From: Antechinus flavipes
Taxonomy: Eukaryota
DNA length: 64,000 nt
NCBI RefSeq assembly: GCF_016432865.1
Contig: NC_067398.1
Span: forward strand, 163,928,001-163,992,000
Reading direction: 5' to 3'
The notes below the pieces were generated by a model. That model was given only the letters and a program-made list of their open reading frames with translations. It was not told where the DNA came from and made no database searches. Below, piece by piece: positions 62,114-64,000 of this stretch. A program made the translations under genes and the position numbers. Each line of letters begins with the position of its first letter. The stretch's first letter is position 1.

Positions 62114-64000
62114 GTAAGAACTTAATAAATGACTGAATTCTTACATAAGATGTGTAAGAGTCCATGTAACAATACCTGTGTTCACATTGGTTGCCTCAAT
62201 GTGGCTCATGGGCTATATAAATAAATATCTCTGATATCTGGCCCATATTTCTCCAAAGGACGGCCCAGTTTCCTCTTTGAGGGAAACAGGAAATGGAGTA
62301 TGGATGAAAGCTTGCTCCTTCACTTGCCCATCTTCAAAAAGAATATCATATTAGAATTATAGCTATCACAAAAAAAAAAAAAAAAACTATCACAAATAGC
62401 GACTAGGAATAAAATTTATTTCTCCAAATGAAATAGGAAACAAAAATTAGATATATCTATCTATAAATTAGATAAGAAATATATATTAGATATAAATTAG
62501 ATAAGAAAATTAATAGGAATAAGGGAGCTCTTTAGAGGGAAGAGAGCTTAGATCTCAGTTCAACAAAGAGAGGTTATATTTTCACCCAAAGGGAAAATTC
62601 TCTCTCCCACGTCTCTTAGAAGGCAAGTTGGAAATGAGGAACAAGTTAAGGAGTCAGGTTCTCTAACATTGCTTTAATTTCCAAAATCTCTGTCTTTCTG
62701 TTTCTGCCTCCCTCCCTCAAAGAGGGAAACACCTATTGCTTCCCAAAGCATTTTACATCACCAGCAACAATGGTTCTGCATGAGGTCTCTGCACAGAGAG
62801 GACTTCCAGAGCCATTGACGTGAGTTAAACTTTGTCATACATATTTCTTAGACATGCTTCCCTACTATGATGGTCTAAATCTACTCCTCCTACAGTGTTG
62901 GGTGTATTTGTTTGCTTTCTGAAAATACAGCTCTGAAAAACAGGCTTTTAAAAAGCCCACTGTGTTTAAATGGAGCTACCTGGCTCAGCCTTTAAGCCCA
63001 AATCATTCTGGTTTTCCTTGAATGGCCAATAATAGGCCCAGCCCAAGTCTCTGTGGCTCATTGTTTTGATGGCTTAGAATGAATGAGGGTTTTCTGCTTT
63101 GATCAGAAAGGCTGAAGGTCTCCCTCTCCCACATCGATATTAGTAAATTGGGCCCCCTTAGCCATTGAATGGGCATGGCTACAGACAGACAGACAGACAT
63201 GGCAAAGATCTTCATTCAGGAAGGACAAGGTCACCCACTGCATCCTGGGTCATTGATAGTTATCTGACCTTTGTCTTGCCACTGTGCTAGAGATCCTGGA
63301 GGAGAGAGCAAGGCTGAGGATGACTTTGCACAGCCCCACCTCACTCATATCCAATTTCCCGGTAAGTCAAGTTATCCCCTTGCAAAGTCATTGGTCTTCC
63401 TTCAGGAACAAAAGACAATCAACTACAACCTCTGGTACCAATTGCACCCTTGATCAAAGTCCACAGTTTCAAATGGCACTCAGCATTCTCTGCAGCAATC
63501 TGGAATCATGTTTCCCTCTATGGAACAGCCCTGGGCTTTGGTGAAAGATGGAGGGTACCTAACCATGTATATGCTGTTTCTCCGGATGGAATGCAAAATC
63601 ATGGAGAATAAGGATTAGTTAGCTTTTTTGTTGGTGGTCATGGGCTTTGTTTCACCAGTGCTTTGCGTGGTGCTTATTGATGACTGATCAATTTTCACTT
63701 CAAAATGCTTTGCTTCTCAGAGGAAATGAAGGGATGAGGAGAAATTTCTTGACTTTAGTAATTTTATGTAATGCAATTAAAACCTGTTTTGAAAACTGTC
63801 TTTTTTTACATTTTCTACAAATAAAACCTTTCTTATTTCTGATTTCTTTCTTCTTGGGGGGCAGTGCATACATATAAATTAATTTTGTCCCTTCTCCAAT
63901 TGTTATTCTCCCCTCCCTTTTTTTTCTTTCTAATATTCTTTTATATTACTAAGTGAGGAAAAAGATCATTCCTACCCCCAAATGCAATCAGTTATTATGA

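Noticed and set aside
62440-62520. Short AT-rich tandem duplication (tataaattagataagaaa x2), superficially repeat-spacer-like
   Set aside because: Only two copies, low complexity, in a eukaryotic context. It is not a CRISPR-like array.
2251-64000. PTCD2 coding exons, expected by human synteny
   Set aside because: I found no minus-strand translation resembling the recalled PTCD2 protein. The gene probably lies beyond the right edge. tBLASTn would settle it.
1-64000. Endogenous viral elements (borna-, filo-, parvovirus), ERV gag/pol/env, or an intact transposase
   Set aside because: No ORF other than ZNF366 has coding-like composition or recognisable viral motifs, and the LTRs appear solo. 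A highly decayed EVE cannot be excluded without tBLASTn.

Overview
AT-rich marsupial genomic DNA, most likely dasyuromorph. The species call is an inference from WSINE1-type SINEs, dasyurid-like L1 3' ends and an OC1-type hAT MITE. The only protein-coding sequence I can support is the last coding exon of ZNF366 (DC-SCRIPT) at 1736-2250 (+), with intact PFDLS (CtBP) and LKELL (LxxLL) motifs and a probable ~4.1 kb 3' UTR ending near 6.3 kb. The remaining ~58 kb has no recognisable genes. It is a layered fossil record of L1, L2, CR1/L3 and RTE LINEs, CORE/WSINE/WALLSI-type SINEs, hAT and Tigger MITEs and solo LTRs, many with readable target-site duplications (TSDs). I found no novel multi-gene system, endogenous viral ORF or CRISPR-like array. 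The best leads are: (1) two independent antisense L1 inserts that each consist almost exactly of the L1 3' UTR; (2) an OC1-type MITE from a family known for horizontal transfer; (3) a candidate in-phase alternative terminal exon of ZNF366 that would drop both co-repressor motifs; (4) two candidate mini 3' transductions; (5) several non-repetitive islands with myeloid/dendritic-cell-type motif clusters. Repeat family names come from recalled consensus sequences and need RepeatMasker/Dfam confirmation. Boundaries without a stated TSD are approximate.
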